Shown one piece after another: positions 47,064 through 56,630 of a stretch of DNA of 64,000 nt. Origin of the DNA: an uncultured Sutterella sp. GTDB lineage: Bacteria > Pseudomonadota > Gammaproteobacteria > Burkholderiales > Burkholderiaceae_F. How positions within the stretch are numbered: the stretch's first letter is position 1; every line of letters begins with the position of its first letter. The notes beneath the pieces are model-generated. The model was given only the letters and a program-made list of their open reading frames with translations. It was not told the DNA's origin and made no database searches. The position numbers and the translations under genes were made by a program. The DNA lies in contig UQYP01000001.1 in the NCBI GenBank assembly GCA_900545335.1, positions 77,775 through 141,774 of the forward strand, written 5' to 3'.

Positions 47064-47662
47064 TGCAAATTAGACAACACTCTGTCACGCTGATATTTAG
47101 CCTTTTACTGGGGCTGGGGAGTGTTGTGCCCGCTTGGGCAAATGATATTACTGTTATGTTTTCAACACTTTCCTCGCGCCAAAGCACTCCTCAGGGGCTC
47201 TATCTCGATGTCAGTGTTGAATTTGATCTTCCGAGAAGTGTTCAGGACGCCCTCAATCGGGGTATTCCTCTTTACTTTGTAACGGAATTTTCGATTGAAC
47301 GGCAACGTTGGTACTGGGTTAACAAGCCGATTGTTGAAGCATCTCTTATCACCAGACTATCGTATAGCCCTCTTACTCGTCAGTACAGACTTTCCAGAGG
47401 AGGCCTATCTCAGTCCTTCGATTCGCTTTCAGAGACTTTGGCCATTCTTAAATCACTGCATGGCTGGCGTGTTTCTGAAGACCCGGTTATAGAGAATCCT
47501 GAAGACTGTGTGGCTGAGGTGATGGTTCGACTGGATACAGAACAGTTGCCTTTGCCGATGCAGGTCACAATTGGTGAAAACGACTGGGACCTGACTTCTG
47601 ACTGGCACTCTGTGGACTTTGACCGCAGCGTCACTGATCCGGAAAAGGAACATAAGCAATGA
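47063..47662 (+). CDS. DUF4390-family periplasmic protein
   Basis: It has a signal peptide and the motif RLSYSPLTRQYRL. It sits between rsmB and the sensor kinase, as in betaproteobacterial loci. Confidence 0.55.
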   Translation: MQIRQHSVTLIFSLLLGLGSVVPAWANDITVMFSTLSSRQSTPQGLYLDVSVEFDLPRSVQDALNRGIPLYFVTEFSIERQRWYWVNKPIVEASLITRLSYSPLTRQYRLSRGGLSQSFDSLSETLAILKSLHGWRVSEDPVIENPEDCVAEVMVRLDTEQLPLPMQVTIGENDWDLTSDWHSVDFDRSVTDPEKEHKQ

Positions 47663-49809
47663 GATACCGGCTGAGATACGGCGCAAGTATCGGTCTGGCT
47701 ATTATTGTCGTACTTCTTTTTTTGCTGACCTCCGCCGGAACGACATCACAAAAACTGGAGCCCTACTTTCCTCTGCTGCTGATCATCAACGCTTTGGTCG
47801 TCTTGGGGCTCTTAATTGCAGTTATTTCTCTGATTTCAAGACTTATTAAAAGATACCGACAAAAGCAGTTCGGTTCACGCATGTTGGCAACATTAGTCTG
47901 CACGATTTCTTTTGTAGCCCTATTGCCTTCTTTGCTGATTTACACCATTTCCACTCATTTGATATCCCAGGCCTTTGACTCAGGCGTTGACTCAAGAGTG
48001 GAAAAAGCCCTGGATTCAGGGGTCGCCTTAGCTCAAAACTCCTTATTGAGAATACAAAACGATCAATTGGTCACTACGCGAACCATTGCAGATAGACTCA
48101 GCACCATTTCATTTACGGAAATGAGTGATGAGCTGATGCGCATGAGTGATCTAACCAATTCAGCCGTTCTTTTCCTCATTGACGGCAACGGTCAGATTAT
48201 TACCCAAACCTCTGCATTGTCTACTGTGGATTTGGTTATCTCTACCCGTGAACTTCAAACAGTAAAACAACAAGGTTATTTTTCAGATCTGGAGGAAGAG
48301 GCTGTATCAGGCCAAAGTCAACCTAATTTAAGAATTCGGACAATTGTTCCGATCAATAACCATTCATCTTCAGACGAACTGTTTTTGCAGGTCAGTTTGG
48401 AAATCCCGCAATCCGTTGCACAAAACATCAACGCCGTCACCAGCGGCTTATTGGACTATCAGCAAATTATCTTTACCCGCAGCGGTCTGCAAACCATCTA
48501 TCACTGGTCACTTGTTTTAAGCCTGTTATTAGCGGTGTTATGTGCTGTATTGGCCGCATTTTCTTTTGCAAGCAGAACAACAGCGCCTATCAGACAATTG
48601 GCAGAAGGTACGCGCCGGGTAACAGGGGGGCATTTTCAACCGATTAAAGAATTCACCGGCGCCGATGAAATTAATGAGCTCACCCGTGCGTTCAACGTTA
48701 TGGTTCGCCGAGTCAACGATGCTATGGATACATTGGAGAGCAGAAGAGAAAAGCTTGAACAATCCAATATCTTTCGTGAACGCATTCTGGAAAACCTTTC
48801 CACCGGCATTATCGTTTTAGACCAAATGAAACGTCTGCGCTCAGCCAACATGGGAGCGGTCAAAATTCTGGGTAACAGCGTATTGCAAATCGGTGTGTTA
48901 TTAAAAGAAGCCAATCCCGCTTTAGCAGACTTGGTTCTGCCCATGCTGACTGAGAACTCGCGATCAGTAAAGCAAGAAAATGCTACTTTGTCTGTGGACG
49001 AAATGAAAGAGCCGCTGACACTAATGCTGAGAACTTCCTCTGTTCCTCTCAATGACGGTCCGGGTTATCTTGTTGTCATTGATGATATGACGCAGGCCGT
49101 CGCAGCTCAACGGGTCATTGCCTGGGGGGAAGTGGCCAGAAGAATGGCTCATGAAATTAAAAACCCCCTGACTCCCATTCAGCTGGCAGCCGAGCGGATG
49201 CAAATCAAACTCTCCAAACACCTTCCGGATGAGGATGTTTTGCTGCTCAATCGCTATACCAATACAATCGTTGAACAGGTCTCTGCCATCAAGCAGATGG
49301 TTAATGACTTCAGAGATTACGCTAAATTACCCAAACCGACACTGCGTCCGCTTGACTTAAACTCATTACTCGATGATGTAGCGCTGCTCTACAAACAGGC
49401 CGGAGGATCCGTTTCGCTGTCCCTGGAAAAGAATTTACCCATGATCTCGGCTGACAGGCGACAATTGCTTCAAATCTTGCACAATCTGCTCTCCAATGCC
49501 AAAGAAGCCAACAAAGGAGACCGAGAATGCAAAATTAAACTGTCAACTCATCTCGAGCGCAGCGGAAAAGATAAAAACGTGATATTAACGGTTGAAGACA
49601 ATGGTCCCGGATTTGAAGATCAGATACTGAATCACGCCTTCGAACCGTATATAACCACCAAGGAAACCGGAACCGGGTTAGGTTTACCCATGGTGAAAAA
49701 AATTGTAGAGGAGCACGGAGGATGGATAACATTAGCCAACCGTAATTCTGAAAATGACCCTAAATCAAATGGTGCTATAGTTACGATTGGTTTTGTCAAT
49801 CTGGCCTGA
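47659..49809 (+). CDS. ntrY: Sensor histidine kinase, NtrY-like (TM, HAMP, PAS, HisKA and HATPase domains)
   Basis: The H-box is HEIKNPLTPIQLAAERM and the G-box is GTGLGLPMVKKIVEEHGG. Confidence 0.8.
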   Translation: MRYRLRYGASIGLAIIVVLLFLLTSAGTTSQKLEPYFPLLLIINALVVLGLLIAVISLISRLIKRYRQKQFGSRMLATLVCTISFVALLPSLLIYTISTHLISQAFDSGVDSRVEKALDSGVALAQNSLLRIQNDQLVTTRTIADRLSTISFTEMSDELMRMSDLTNSAVLFLIDGNGQIITQTSALSTVDLVISTRELQTVKQQGYFSDLEEEAVSGQSQPNLRIRTIVPINNHSSSDELFLQVSLEIPQSVAQNINAVTSGLLDYQQIIFTRSGLQTIYHWSLVLSLLLAVLCAVLAAFSFASRTTAPIRQLAEGTRRVTGGHFQPIKEFTGADEINELTRAFNVMVRRVNDAMDTLESRREKLEQSNIFRERILENLSTGIIVLDQMKRLRSANMGAVKILGNSVLQIGVLLKEANPALADLVLPMLTENSRSVKQENATLSVDEMKEPLTLMLRTSSVPLNDGPGYLVVIDDMTQAVAAQRVIAWGEVARRMAHEIKNPLTPIQLAAERMQIKLSKHLPDEDVLLLNRYTNTIVEQVSAIKQMVNDFRDYAKLPKPTLRPLDLNSLLDDVALLYKQAGGSVSLSLEKNLPMISADRRQLLQILHNLLSNAKEANKGDRECKIKLSTHLERSGKDKNVILTVEDNGPGFEDQILNHAFEPYITTKETGTGLGLPMVKKIVEEHGGWITLANRNSENDPKSNGAIVTIGFVNLA

Positions 49810-49836
49810 CCATTTTATCTCAGACTTGTTTTATAA

Positions 49837-50481
49837 ATGGCAAACGTTCTTGTTGTAGATGATGAAGTCGGAATCCGAGAGCTCTTCAGTGAGATTCTCT
49901 CCGACGAAGGTTATACCGTTACCGTGGCAGCCAATAGTGCGGAAGCCCGCCGTGCTTTGCGCTCTTGCTCTCCCGATGTGATCCTGCTTGATATTTGGAT
50001 GCCGGATACAGACGGGATGTCACTGTTGAAGGAGTGGGCCTCTCAGGGACCGCTTCCCTGCCCGGTTATCATGATGTCGGGTCATGCAAATATTGACATG
50101 GCGGTAGAGGCTACCAAGTTTGGAGCATACTCTTTTTTGGAAAAGCCGACCTCAATTAAAACGCTGACAGAAGCATTAAGAGCTGCACTGGCAGCCAAAC
50201 AGACAATGGAACGTACTGCTGCAGCCGCACAAAAAAGCTCAGGCTCGCAGGCAGAGAAAAACAAAAAAGAGGACTCCTCTCACCGTCTGAGTGAAAAAAT
50301 TGACTTTTCTTTACCTTTGCGGGAAGCGAGAGATCAATTTGAGCGTGCTTATTTTTCACATCTGCTTGAACAGGAAAATTACAGCATGACACGCGTGGCT
50401 GCCAAAGCCCAGCTCGAGAGAACGCACTTATATAGAAAATTGCGTCAATTGGGCATAGAGTGGTCCAAAGAAGAGTCTTGA
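49837..50481 (+). CDS. ntrX: Response regulator with REC domain and C-terminal Fis-type HTH; an NtrX-like protein lacking the sigma54-interaction AAA+ domain
   Basis: The REC domain carries the phospho-acceptor DD…D motif (LVVDDE…LLDIWMPDTDG). The C-terminal HTH_8 reads MTRVAAKAQLERTHLYRKLRQLGI. At 214 aa there is no room for a central AAA+ module. Confidence 0.7.
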   Translation: MANVLVVDDEVGIRELFSEILSDEGYTVTVAANSAEARRALRSCSPDVILLDIWMPDTDGMSLLKEWASQGPLPCPVIMMSGHANIDMAVEATKFGAYSFLEKPTSIKTLTEALRAALAAKQTMERTAAAAQKSSGSQAEKNKKEDSSHRLSEKIDFSLPLREARDQFERAYFSHLLEQENYSMTRVAAKAQLERTHLYRKLRQLGIEWSKEES

Positions 50482-50505
50482 ACTCGTTTTCCTACGAGCT
50501 AGTTT

Positions 50506-51903
50506 ATGAAGATTTTAATTTTGGGAGCCGGTAGGGTCGGTCGATCCGTAGCTGAAAGTTTGGTAAGTGATGCCAACGATATTACTATCGTTGATGAATC
50601 GGCTGACCGAATCGGACAGATGCAAGAACGCTTTGACCTAAGAGGTCTGGTCGGTGACGCCAGCTCTCCCTCGGTTCTGAGCAGCGCCGGTGCCATGGAC
50701 ACTGACTTGCTGATTGCCGTTACGGCCAATGACGAAACAAACCTTGTCGCCTGCACGCTGGCAGCTCAAATCTTCAATATTCCAATGCGCATTGCACGCG
50801 TCCGAGACAGTGAACTCAGACATTACCCCCGAATTCTGGGTGAGGAGGGCTTTCGGGCAACCAGCGTTATTTGGCCGGAACAGGCTCTGGCTACCCAAAT
50901 TTCCAAACTGATCACATTCCCCGCCGCTCAGCAGGTTTTAAATTTCGCTGATGATAAGCTGACGTTATTTACGGTGAACCCTACCGAAGAAGCTCCCCTA
51001 ACCGGCAAAACTTTGGAGGAAGCTTTCAGGCTGATGCCGGACGTCAAAATGCGTTTCATTTCCATTTACAGACGAAACCGACGTTTGGAATGCAGAAATG
51101 ACACAGTAATCGCAGCCGATGATGAAATCACTGTCTTAGTATCGAGTGATTGCGCTGAAAAAGTCATCGAAGCTCTGCACCCCTTTGAGAAAGCCGAAAC
51201 TATTGTTTTAATTAACGGCGGAAACCTGTCCAGACTCTTAACCGACAATCTGGAGCCGGCTCGTTCAAAACGGCGAATTAAGATTTTTGAAGGTAAAGAG
51301 GAAGTCGCTGTTGCGTTATCCAAGCACCTCAGCAGCAATAAAGTTTCTGTGTCTTTAGTCAAGCACGATGACACCCATGCTCTTATGCAAGAAGGCATTG
51401 ATCAGGCTGACGTAGTGGTTGCTCTGTCAAACAATGACGAAATGAACATTATGACTGCTCTTTTGGCTAAAAAGCTTGGAGCCAAACGAAGTATTGTTCT
51501 ATTGGAAAATCAGGTTTATTCAGATCTTGTTCGCGGTACTGAAGTTGACGTAACTGTTTCCCCTACTCAAGCTTCGCTCGGTGAATTGCTCAGGCATATT
51601 CGTTACGGTGACGTTGTCAATGCGCAGGAACTTTACCAGGATAAGGCCGAGGCATTGGAGATCATTGCTCACGGAACAAAGAAAAGTTCAAAAGTCGTCG
51701 GTAAAACTCTGCGGGAGATTGCATTCCCCAGGGGTGTTTCTGTCGGAGCCATCGTTAGAGGCGAGGCAGAAGAGGCCACTGTACTCATGGCAGAACCTGA
51801 TTTAACCGTTATGGATGACGATCATTTAATATTGTTCGTACCGAACAAAAAGGTCATCCAGCGAATTGAACGTTTGTTTGAAGTGGATGTCGGTTTCTTT
51901 TAA
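50506..51903 (+). CDS. trkA: Trk potassium uptake system NAD-binding protein TrkA
   Basis: There are two tandem RCK/NAD-binding domains. The N-terminus is MKILILGAGRVGRSVAESL. Confidence 0.9.
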   Translation: MKILILGAGRVGRSVAESLVSDANDITIVDESADRIGQMQERFDLRGLVGDASSPSVLSSAGAMDTDLLIAVTANDETNLVACTLAAQIFNIPMRIARVRDSELRHYPRILGEEGFRATSVIWPEQALATQISKLITFPAAQQVLNFADDKLTLFTVNPTEEAPLTGKTLEEAFRLMPDVKMRFISIYRRNRRLECRNDTVIAADDEITVLVSSDCAEKVIEALHPFEKAETIVLINGGNLSRLLTDNLEPARSKRRIKIFEGKEEVAVALSKHLSSNKVSVSLVKHDDTHALMQEGIDQADVVVALSNNDEMNIMTALLAKKLGAKRSIVLLENQVYSDLVRGTEVDVTVSPTQASLGELLRHIRYGDVVNAQELYQDKAEALEIIAHGTKKSSKVVGKTLREIAFPRGVSVGAIVRGEAEEATVLMAEPDLTVMDDDHLILFVPNKKVIQRIERLFEVDVGFF

Positions 51904-51914
51904 GAGAAAGTATC

Positions 51915-53387
51915 ATGCTTCGGACACTCCAACGATTACTATTTCCGGTGCTCAACGCACTTGGGCCATTGCTGATGATTTTGGCGATAGCCCAATTGCT
52001 TCCGCTCGGAATTGCTTATCGCGATGGAGAGAATGTACTGCAGGAGTTTTGCACTTCTGCTCTGATCAGTTTTGCAATCGGACTGTTTTTCTTTTTCGCA
52101 ACGAAACGCTTCAAAAGAGAACTTGAACCGAGAGACGGCTTTTTGTTAGTCACCCTTTCCTGGTTATCGGCCGCATTGGTAGGCTCTATTCCGCTCTATC
52201 TATTATTGCCCTCGGTCTCCTACGAACGGATCTTTTTTGAAACCGTTTCGTGTCTGACGACGACCGGAGCAACAGCGCTTACCAACATATCAGATCTGCC
52301 GCTGTCTCTTAATTATTGGCGCTGTCTTTTATCCTGGTTGGGCGGTATGGGGATCATCGTTTTAGCAGTTGCCATCCTGCCTTTGTTGGGAGTCGGCGGA
52401 GCTCAATTATTTAAAGCCGAAAATTCTAATCTTTTTAAAGATGACCGTTTAACACCCCGCATTGCCGATACGGCTAAGGCGCTGTACGTCATCTACATTC
52501 TTGCCTCCATCGCCTGCGTAGCTGCCTATCACTGGGCCGGCATGAATTGGGATGATGCCATTTTGTTCATGTTTACGACAATGAGTCTGAGCGGCATCAC
52601 CCCATACGACCAAAGTATCGGCTATTTCAATTCTCCTGCTATCGAAATGGTGGCCGTTGTTTTTATTATTTTTTCGGGCTTTAACTTTTCACTGCACTTT
52701 ACCGCCTGGAGACAACGATCCATATCTGCTTATTTCACAGATGTTGAAGCCAGATCTTGGCTTTTGGTTTTGTTAATCGGTGTATCCATCGTTTTTTCAA
52801 TTCTGACGGTCAACCATGTCTACCCCACTTGGGATATTACGCTCAGACATGCACTCTTTAATGTGGCATCTTTGTTTTCTACAACAGGCTACACAACTGT
52901 CAATTATGAATTGTGGCCAAGTTCTCTGGGATTCCTGCTTTTAATGGGCAGTGTATTTGCCTCCTGTTCCGGTTCTACCGGAGGCGGGGTCAAAATGCTC
53001 CGATTGCTTATTTTTATTAAACAGGCTCTGATGTGCCTGCATACACTGCTCAGACCCAGAGACTACCTGCCCTTAAGACTCGGTAAACATACCATTTCCG
53101 AAAGTTTAGCTGCTAATGTATCTGCATTTTTTGCGCTTCACATTTCCGTTGTGATTATTTGCACAATGCTCATTATGTTTTCGGGAGTCGGCCTCACCGA
53201 ATCACTTTCTACCGCTATTGCCTGTATTGCCAACACAGGCCCAGGCTTAGGCAGCGTCGGACCTGCCGGAAATTACGCCGCCTGTAATCCTATTCATCTA
53301 TGGGTCGGCTCTTTTTGCATGTTTGTCGGCCGTCTTGAATTATTTACCGTTTTCGTAATATTCACGCGCTCTTTCTGGAGAAGCTAG
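51915..53387 (+). CDS. trkH: Trk system potassium uptake membrane protein TrkH
   Basis: It is a 490-aa polytopic protein with repeated P-loop-like GYT/GTT motifs (TTGATAL, TTGYTTV). Confidence 0.85.
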   Translation: MLRTLQRLLFPVLNALGPLLMILAIAQLLPLGIAYRDGENVLQEFCTSALISFAIGLFFFFATKRFKRELEPRDGFLLVTLSWLSAALVGSIPLYLLLPSVSYERIFFETVSCLTTTGATALTNISDLPLSLNYWRCLLSWLGGMGIIVLAVAILPLLGVGGAQLFKAENSNLFKDDRLTPRIADTAKALYVIYILASIACVAAYHWAGMNWDDAILFMFTTMSLSGITPYDQSIGYFNSPAIEMVAVVFIIFSGFNFSLHFTAWRQRSISAYFTDVEARSWLLVLLIGVSIVFSILTVNHVYPTWDITLRHALFNVASLFSTTGYTTVNYELWPSSLGFLLLMGSVFASCSGSTGGGVKMLRLLIFIKQALMCLHTLLRPRDYLPLRLGKHTISESLAANVSAFFALHISVVIICTMLIMFSGVGLTESLSTAIACIANTGPGLGSVGPAGNYAACNPIHLWVGSFCMFVGRLELFTVFVIFTRSFWRS

Positions 53388-53710
53388 CTCAATGGCTCCC
53401 AGCGGACATTGACTTTCTTATCCGCAGCCTTTCGCAAAAGTTTCAAGAGGGAATAAAAGCGAGTTTTCACTGAGACGCTGGCAAGCATTGCGGGCTTTTC
53501 TTTTGCCTCATCTTCGTCTTCCGGGACTTCCTTTGCCGCTTCCTGATCAATGGCTTTTTCTAACGCAGAAATTGCAGCCGGAATATCTTCAGCCAAAATA
53601 GCCCCTTTATCGTGAAATGGAATACCTGCGAGCTCAAATATCGGCTCAACATGCCGACGCATCATAATAATCTCACCACCGGCCTTAGAACGAAAAACGA
53701 CAACTGACAA
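53384..53710 (-). CDS. Small conserved protein, DUF1840-like
   Basis: The 108-aa product has the N-terminal pattern VVFRSKAGGEIIMMRRHVEPIFELAG and an acidic middle region. It is convergent with trkH and overlaps it by 4 nt. Confidence 0.4.
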   Translation of the reverse strand: MSVVVFRSKAGGEIIMMRRHVEPIFELAGIPFHDKGAILAEDIPAAISALEKAIDQEAAKEVPEDEDEAKEKPAMLASVSVKTRFYSLLKLLRKAADKKVNVRWEPLS

Positions 53711-53827
53711 TTGAAACTTCTCCTTATTTTGTTTGAACGATTAAACACTTTCTTTTTAAATTAATGACGCTTTTCAAAAGATTACCATAACGCTTAGAAT
53801 ACGGAGGGATTAACCCTCAACCTTTGA

Positions 53828-53890
53828 GACTCAAAAAGTTTCTGAATCTTTGACTCAAACTTACAACCGGACTCAACTGCCATGACTCAA
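53828..53890 (+). repeat. Four direct copies of the heptamer GACTCAA in 63 bp spanning the start codon of the UPF0149 gene
   Basis: Copies lie at 53828, 53852, 53870 and 53884, spaced 24, 18 and 14 nt apart. The last copy includes the ATG. Confidence 0.4.
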
Positions 53891-54547
53891 TCCTTTTCCG
53901 CTCCGTTAAAAGATGATGAATTCATTGAATTAGATGAGTTATTGGCTCAGTTTGACGAGGACAGCATGGCAATGGATGCTTCCCAAGCGGACGGATTCCT
54001 GACAGCTTTGTGTTTACTGCCCAAGGAGGTATCTCCAAAGGATTGGATGCCTATTGTCTTTAGTGCGCCGCAAGCCAAACCCTCCAAGCTACCTGAAACT
54101 CAGCAAACGAGACTTGAAGAGCTCTTGTATCGACGCTATCGGGAAATTAACCGTCGCTTATCTCAGCTGAAACCTTTAGATCCCATTGTTTTTGAACCGG
54201 AGGACGAACAGGGAAAGCCTCTGGAGGGTGAGGCAGAAATTGTCGCTCTTCAGCCTTTTGCCTCGGGTTTTTTAACGGCTGCTCAATGCTGGTCCGGTCT
54301 TTTAGATTCTGAGGATCCGACCGTGACTTCCGCTTTAGTCGGAATATGGCGACATCTGCCTGACGGTGAAATCGGTGACTTTGAGCAAATGCGCGATGAG
54401 CTTTTATCGGACTCGCCTCTCGAAAATCTGGACGATGCAATCGAAGATATTGCTTTATGTGTTAAGCAAATTGCTTCGGTGACACGTGGCTTTAAAGAAA
54501 AAAACAAAACTGAACCTAAATCTCGCAAACGCTATGGTAGGCGTTAA
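53882..54547 (+). CDS. UPF0149/YecA-family protein
   Basis: The 221-aa product is acidic. The N-terminal pattern ELDELLAQFDEDSMAMDASQADGFLTALCLLP is typical of UPF0149. Confidence 0.5.
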   Translation: MTQSFSAPLKDDEFIELDELLAQFDEDSMAMDASQADGFLTALCLLPKEVSPKDWMPIVFSAPQAKPSKLPETQQTRLEELLYRRYREINRRLSQLKPLDPIVFEPEDEQGKPLEGEAEIVALQPFASGFLTAAQCWSGLLDSEDPTVTSALVGIWRHLPDGEIGDFEQMRDELLSDSPLENLDDAIEDIALCVKQIASVTRGFKEKNKTEPKSRKRYGRR

Positions 54548-55935
54548 TGCTCAATGGCTGAGTGACTTAAAAAAGACGCCCACACCACAAGAATTAAAAC
54601 AGGAATACCGATTAAAGCTGTCCCTATGAAAAAGGCGCTGTATCCGACACTTTCTACAACAAAACCAGAAAAGCCTGCCAAAAATTTCGGCAATAAAAGC
54701 ATTATTGAGCTAAACAGTGCGTATTGCGTAGCGGTGTAAGCTGTGTTCGTCAACCCCGACAGATATGCCAGGAAAGCAACTGAGGCAATACCGGCTGCCA
54801 AATTATCGGCACTGACAGTAAGAACTAAATAAGGAACATGGTGGCCTTGCAGAGCCAACCAAGAAAAAAGCAGATTCGTCAGTGCAGAAAGCAAACCGCC
54901 TAAAAAAAGCGTTTTCATGACACCGATGCGAGTACTGACGACACCCCCTATAAACGCCCCCATCAAGGTCATAACCACACCGAATACTTTTGATACAGCT
55001 GCGACTTCCTCTTTTGTAAAACCTAAATCTTGATAGAAAGGATTAGCCATTACACCCATGACCACATCTGAAATGCGATAGGTGGCGATCAATAACAAAA
55101 TAACCGCTGCCTGCCAGCGATAGCGGGTAAAAAAGTCAAGAAACGGCAAACAGGCAGCCTCATAAAACCAAACGCTTAAGCGAACACGGCGCTCGCTCCA
55201 AAATGGATGCTTTTGCTGACAGCTCTGCAGTCGTTGTTGAGTTAAATCCGATATTTTCCGTTCTATCTGTCGCTGAGGCTCAGGAGAAACCATAACGGCT
55301 ATGATGCCGATTAACATACTGAAAGCCATGACACTGTAAGCCGCCTGCCAAGCAAAATGATCGTAAAGAAGTTCAGCATCGGAAAAATACGCCGCCAAGG
55401 CTAAAGCACCCGCCCCAGCCCAAATCATTGCCAAGCGGTAGCCGGTTTGGTACGTTGCAGCCAGAGCTGCCTGCTCAGAGGGTTCTGCACTTTCAATTCG
55501 ATAAGCATCCAATGCAATATCCTGAGTTGCCGAAGCAAAAGCCGTCAACGTTGTTAGGGCTATCATGGTCGACAGATGATCTTTCGGATCTGTAAATCCC
55601 ATCAACAGAAGGCTGCAGGCAATGACACATTGGGAAAACAAAAGCCAGGAACGTCTCCTACCCAATTTGGCCGTTAAAAGAGGTAACTGAAGACGATCAA
55701 CTAATGGTGCCCAGGCCCACTTAAATCCGTAAGCCAAACCAACCCAAGTCACCATTCCGATAGTGCTTAACTCAACGCCGGCCTCACGAAGCCAAAATGA
55801 TAAAGTCCCCAACACCAATAAAAGAGGCAGCCCCGAAGAAAAACCGAGAAAAAACATCCTCACTGCTTCCGGCTTGGTGTAAATCCTCCAAGCAGAAAGC
55901 CAGGATTGTTTATAGCGCGCAGATTTCTCGGGCAT
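54544..55935 (-). CDS. ampG: Muropeptide MFS permease AmpG
   Basis: It is a roughly 14-TM MFS protein with the AmpG family N-terminus (…RMFFLGFSSGLPLLLVLGTLSFWLREAGV…). I placed the start at MPEKSA, directly after the stop of the upstream gene. Confidence 0.75.
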   Translation of the reverse strand: MPEKSARYKQSWLSAWRIYTKPEAVRMFFLGFSSGLPLLLVLGTLSFWLREAGVELSTIGMVTWVGLAYGFKWAWAPLVDRLQLPLLTAKLGRRRSWLLFSQCVIACSLLLMGFTDPKDHLSTMIALTTLTAFASATQDIALDAYRIESAEPSEQAALAATYQTGYRLAMIWAGAGALALAAYFSDAELLYDHFAWQAAYSVMAFSMLIGIIAVMVSPEPQRQIERKISDLTQQRLQSCQQKHPFWSERRVRLSVWFYEAACLPFLDFFTRYRWQAAVILLLIATYRISDVVMGVMANPFYQDLGFTKEEVAAVSKVFGVVMTLMGAFIGGVVSTRIGVMKTLFLGGLLSALTNLLFSWLALQGHHVPYLVLTVSADNLAAGIASVAFLAYLSGLTNTAYTATQYALFSSIMLLLPKFLAGFSGFVVESVGYSAFFIGTALIGIPVLILVVWASFLSHSAIEH

Positions 55936-55937
55936 GA

Positions 55938-56627
55938 CTAAATCAGATCCTCTCTTGATATAAATTTCCATTGCATGGGCAATAAATCATCCGGAAGGAA
56001 ATAGTTCCCGAATGCTTCCCGATGCAGAAATTCAACTCGGTTCCCAACGGCAGCGACCATCCTTTTAACTTGGTGGTACTTCCCTTGAGTGATCTTCATT
56101 AAAAAAACACGGTCATTAACCAAAGTGACTTCTTGGGCTGCTACTTTCTCTTTTTCCCCGTCGAGCAATACACCGTCTTGCAACTGTCTCAGCATGGAAT
56201 CGGTCACAGCGTGTTTTGCCGTTACTCTATAGAGCTTGGCTACATGTTTTTTAGGATGCGTCAAACGATGCAGCAGCGCACCATCATCGGTCAGAATCAG
56301 CAGACCCGTAGTATCCTCATCCAAACGTCCGACCGGCTGAACGCCTCTGTTTCGTAACGGCGCCGGTAGTAAGGAAAGTACCGAGGGATGATGCAGAGGT
56401 TTTCGGGAACACTCATAACCTGCAGGCTTATGAAGCGCAATAATGGCTTTGGGCACATAAGGCCAATTCACCCCATCAACGGAAAAATTCAGTCCGTTTA
56501 TCTCTACGTCTGCCCAAGGGTCATCCAACAACATTCCATTACACAACACACGGCCCTGAGCAATCATTCCGCAACACTCGTGGCGGGTTCCGAACCCTTG
56601 TGTAAAGAGAACTTCCTGCAGCTGCAT
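55938..56627 (-). CDS. rsuA: 16S rRNA pseudouridine(516) synthase RsuA-like
   Basis: It has an S4 domain and an Rsu-family catalytic motif (VGRLDEDTTGLLILTDDG), and the conserved GKYHQVKRM. Confidence 0.7.
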   Translation of the reverse strand: MQLQEVLFTQGFGTRHECCGMIAQGRVLCNGMLLDDPWADVEINGLNFSVDGVNWPYVPKAIIALHKPAGYECSRKPLHHPSVLSLLPAPLRNRGVQPVGRLDEDTTGLLILTDDGALLHRLTHPKKHVAKLYRVTAKHAVTDSMLRQLQDGVLLDGEKEKVAAQEVTLVNDRVFLMKITQGKYHQVKRMVAAVGNRVEFLHREAFGNYFLPDDLLPMQWKFISREDLI

Positions 56628-56630
56628 CCA

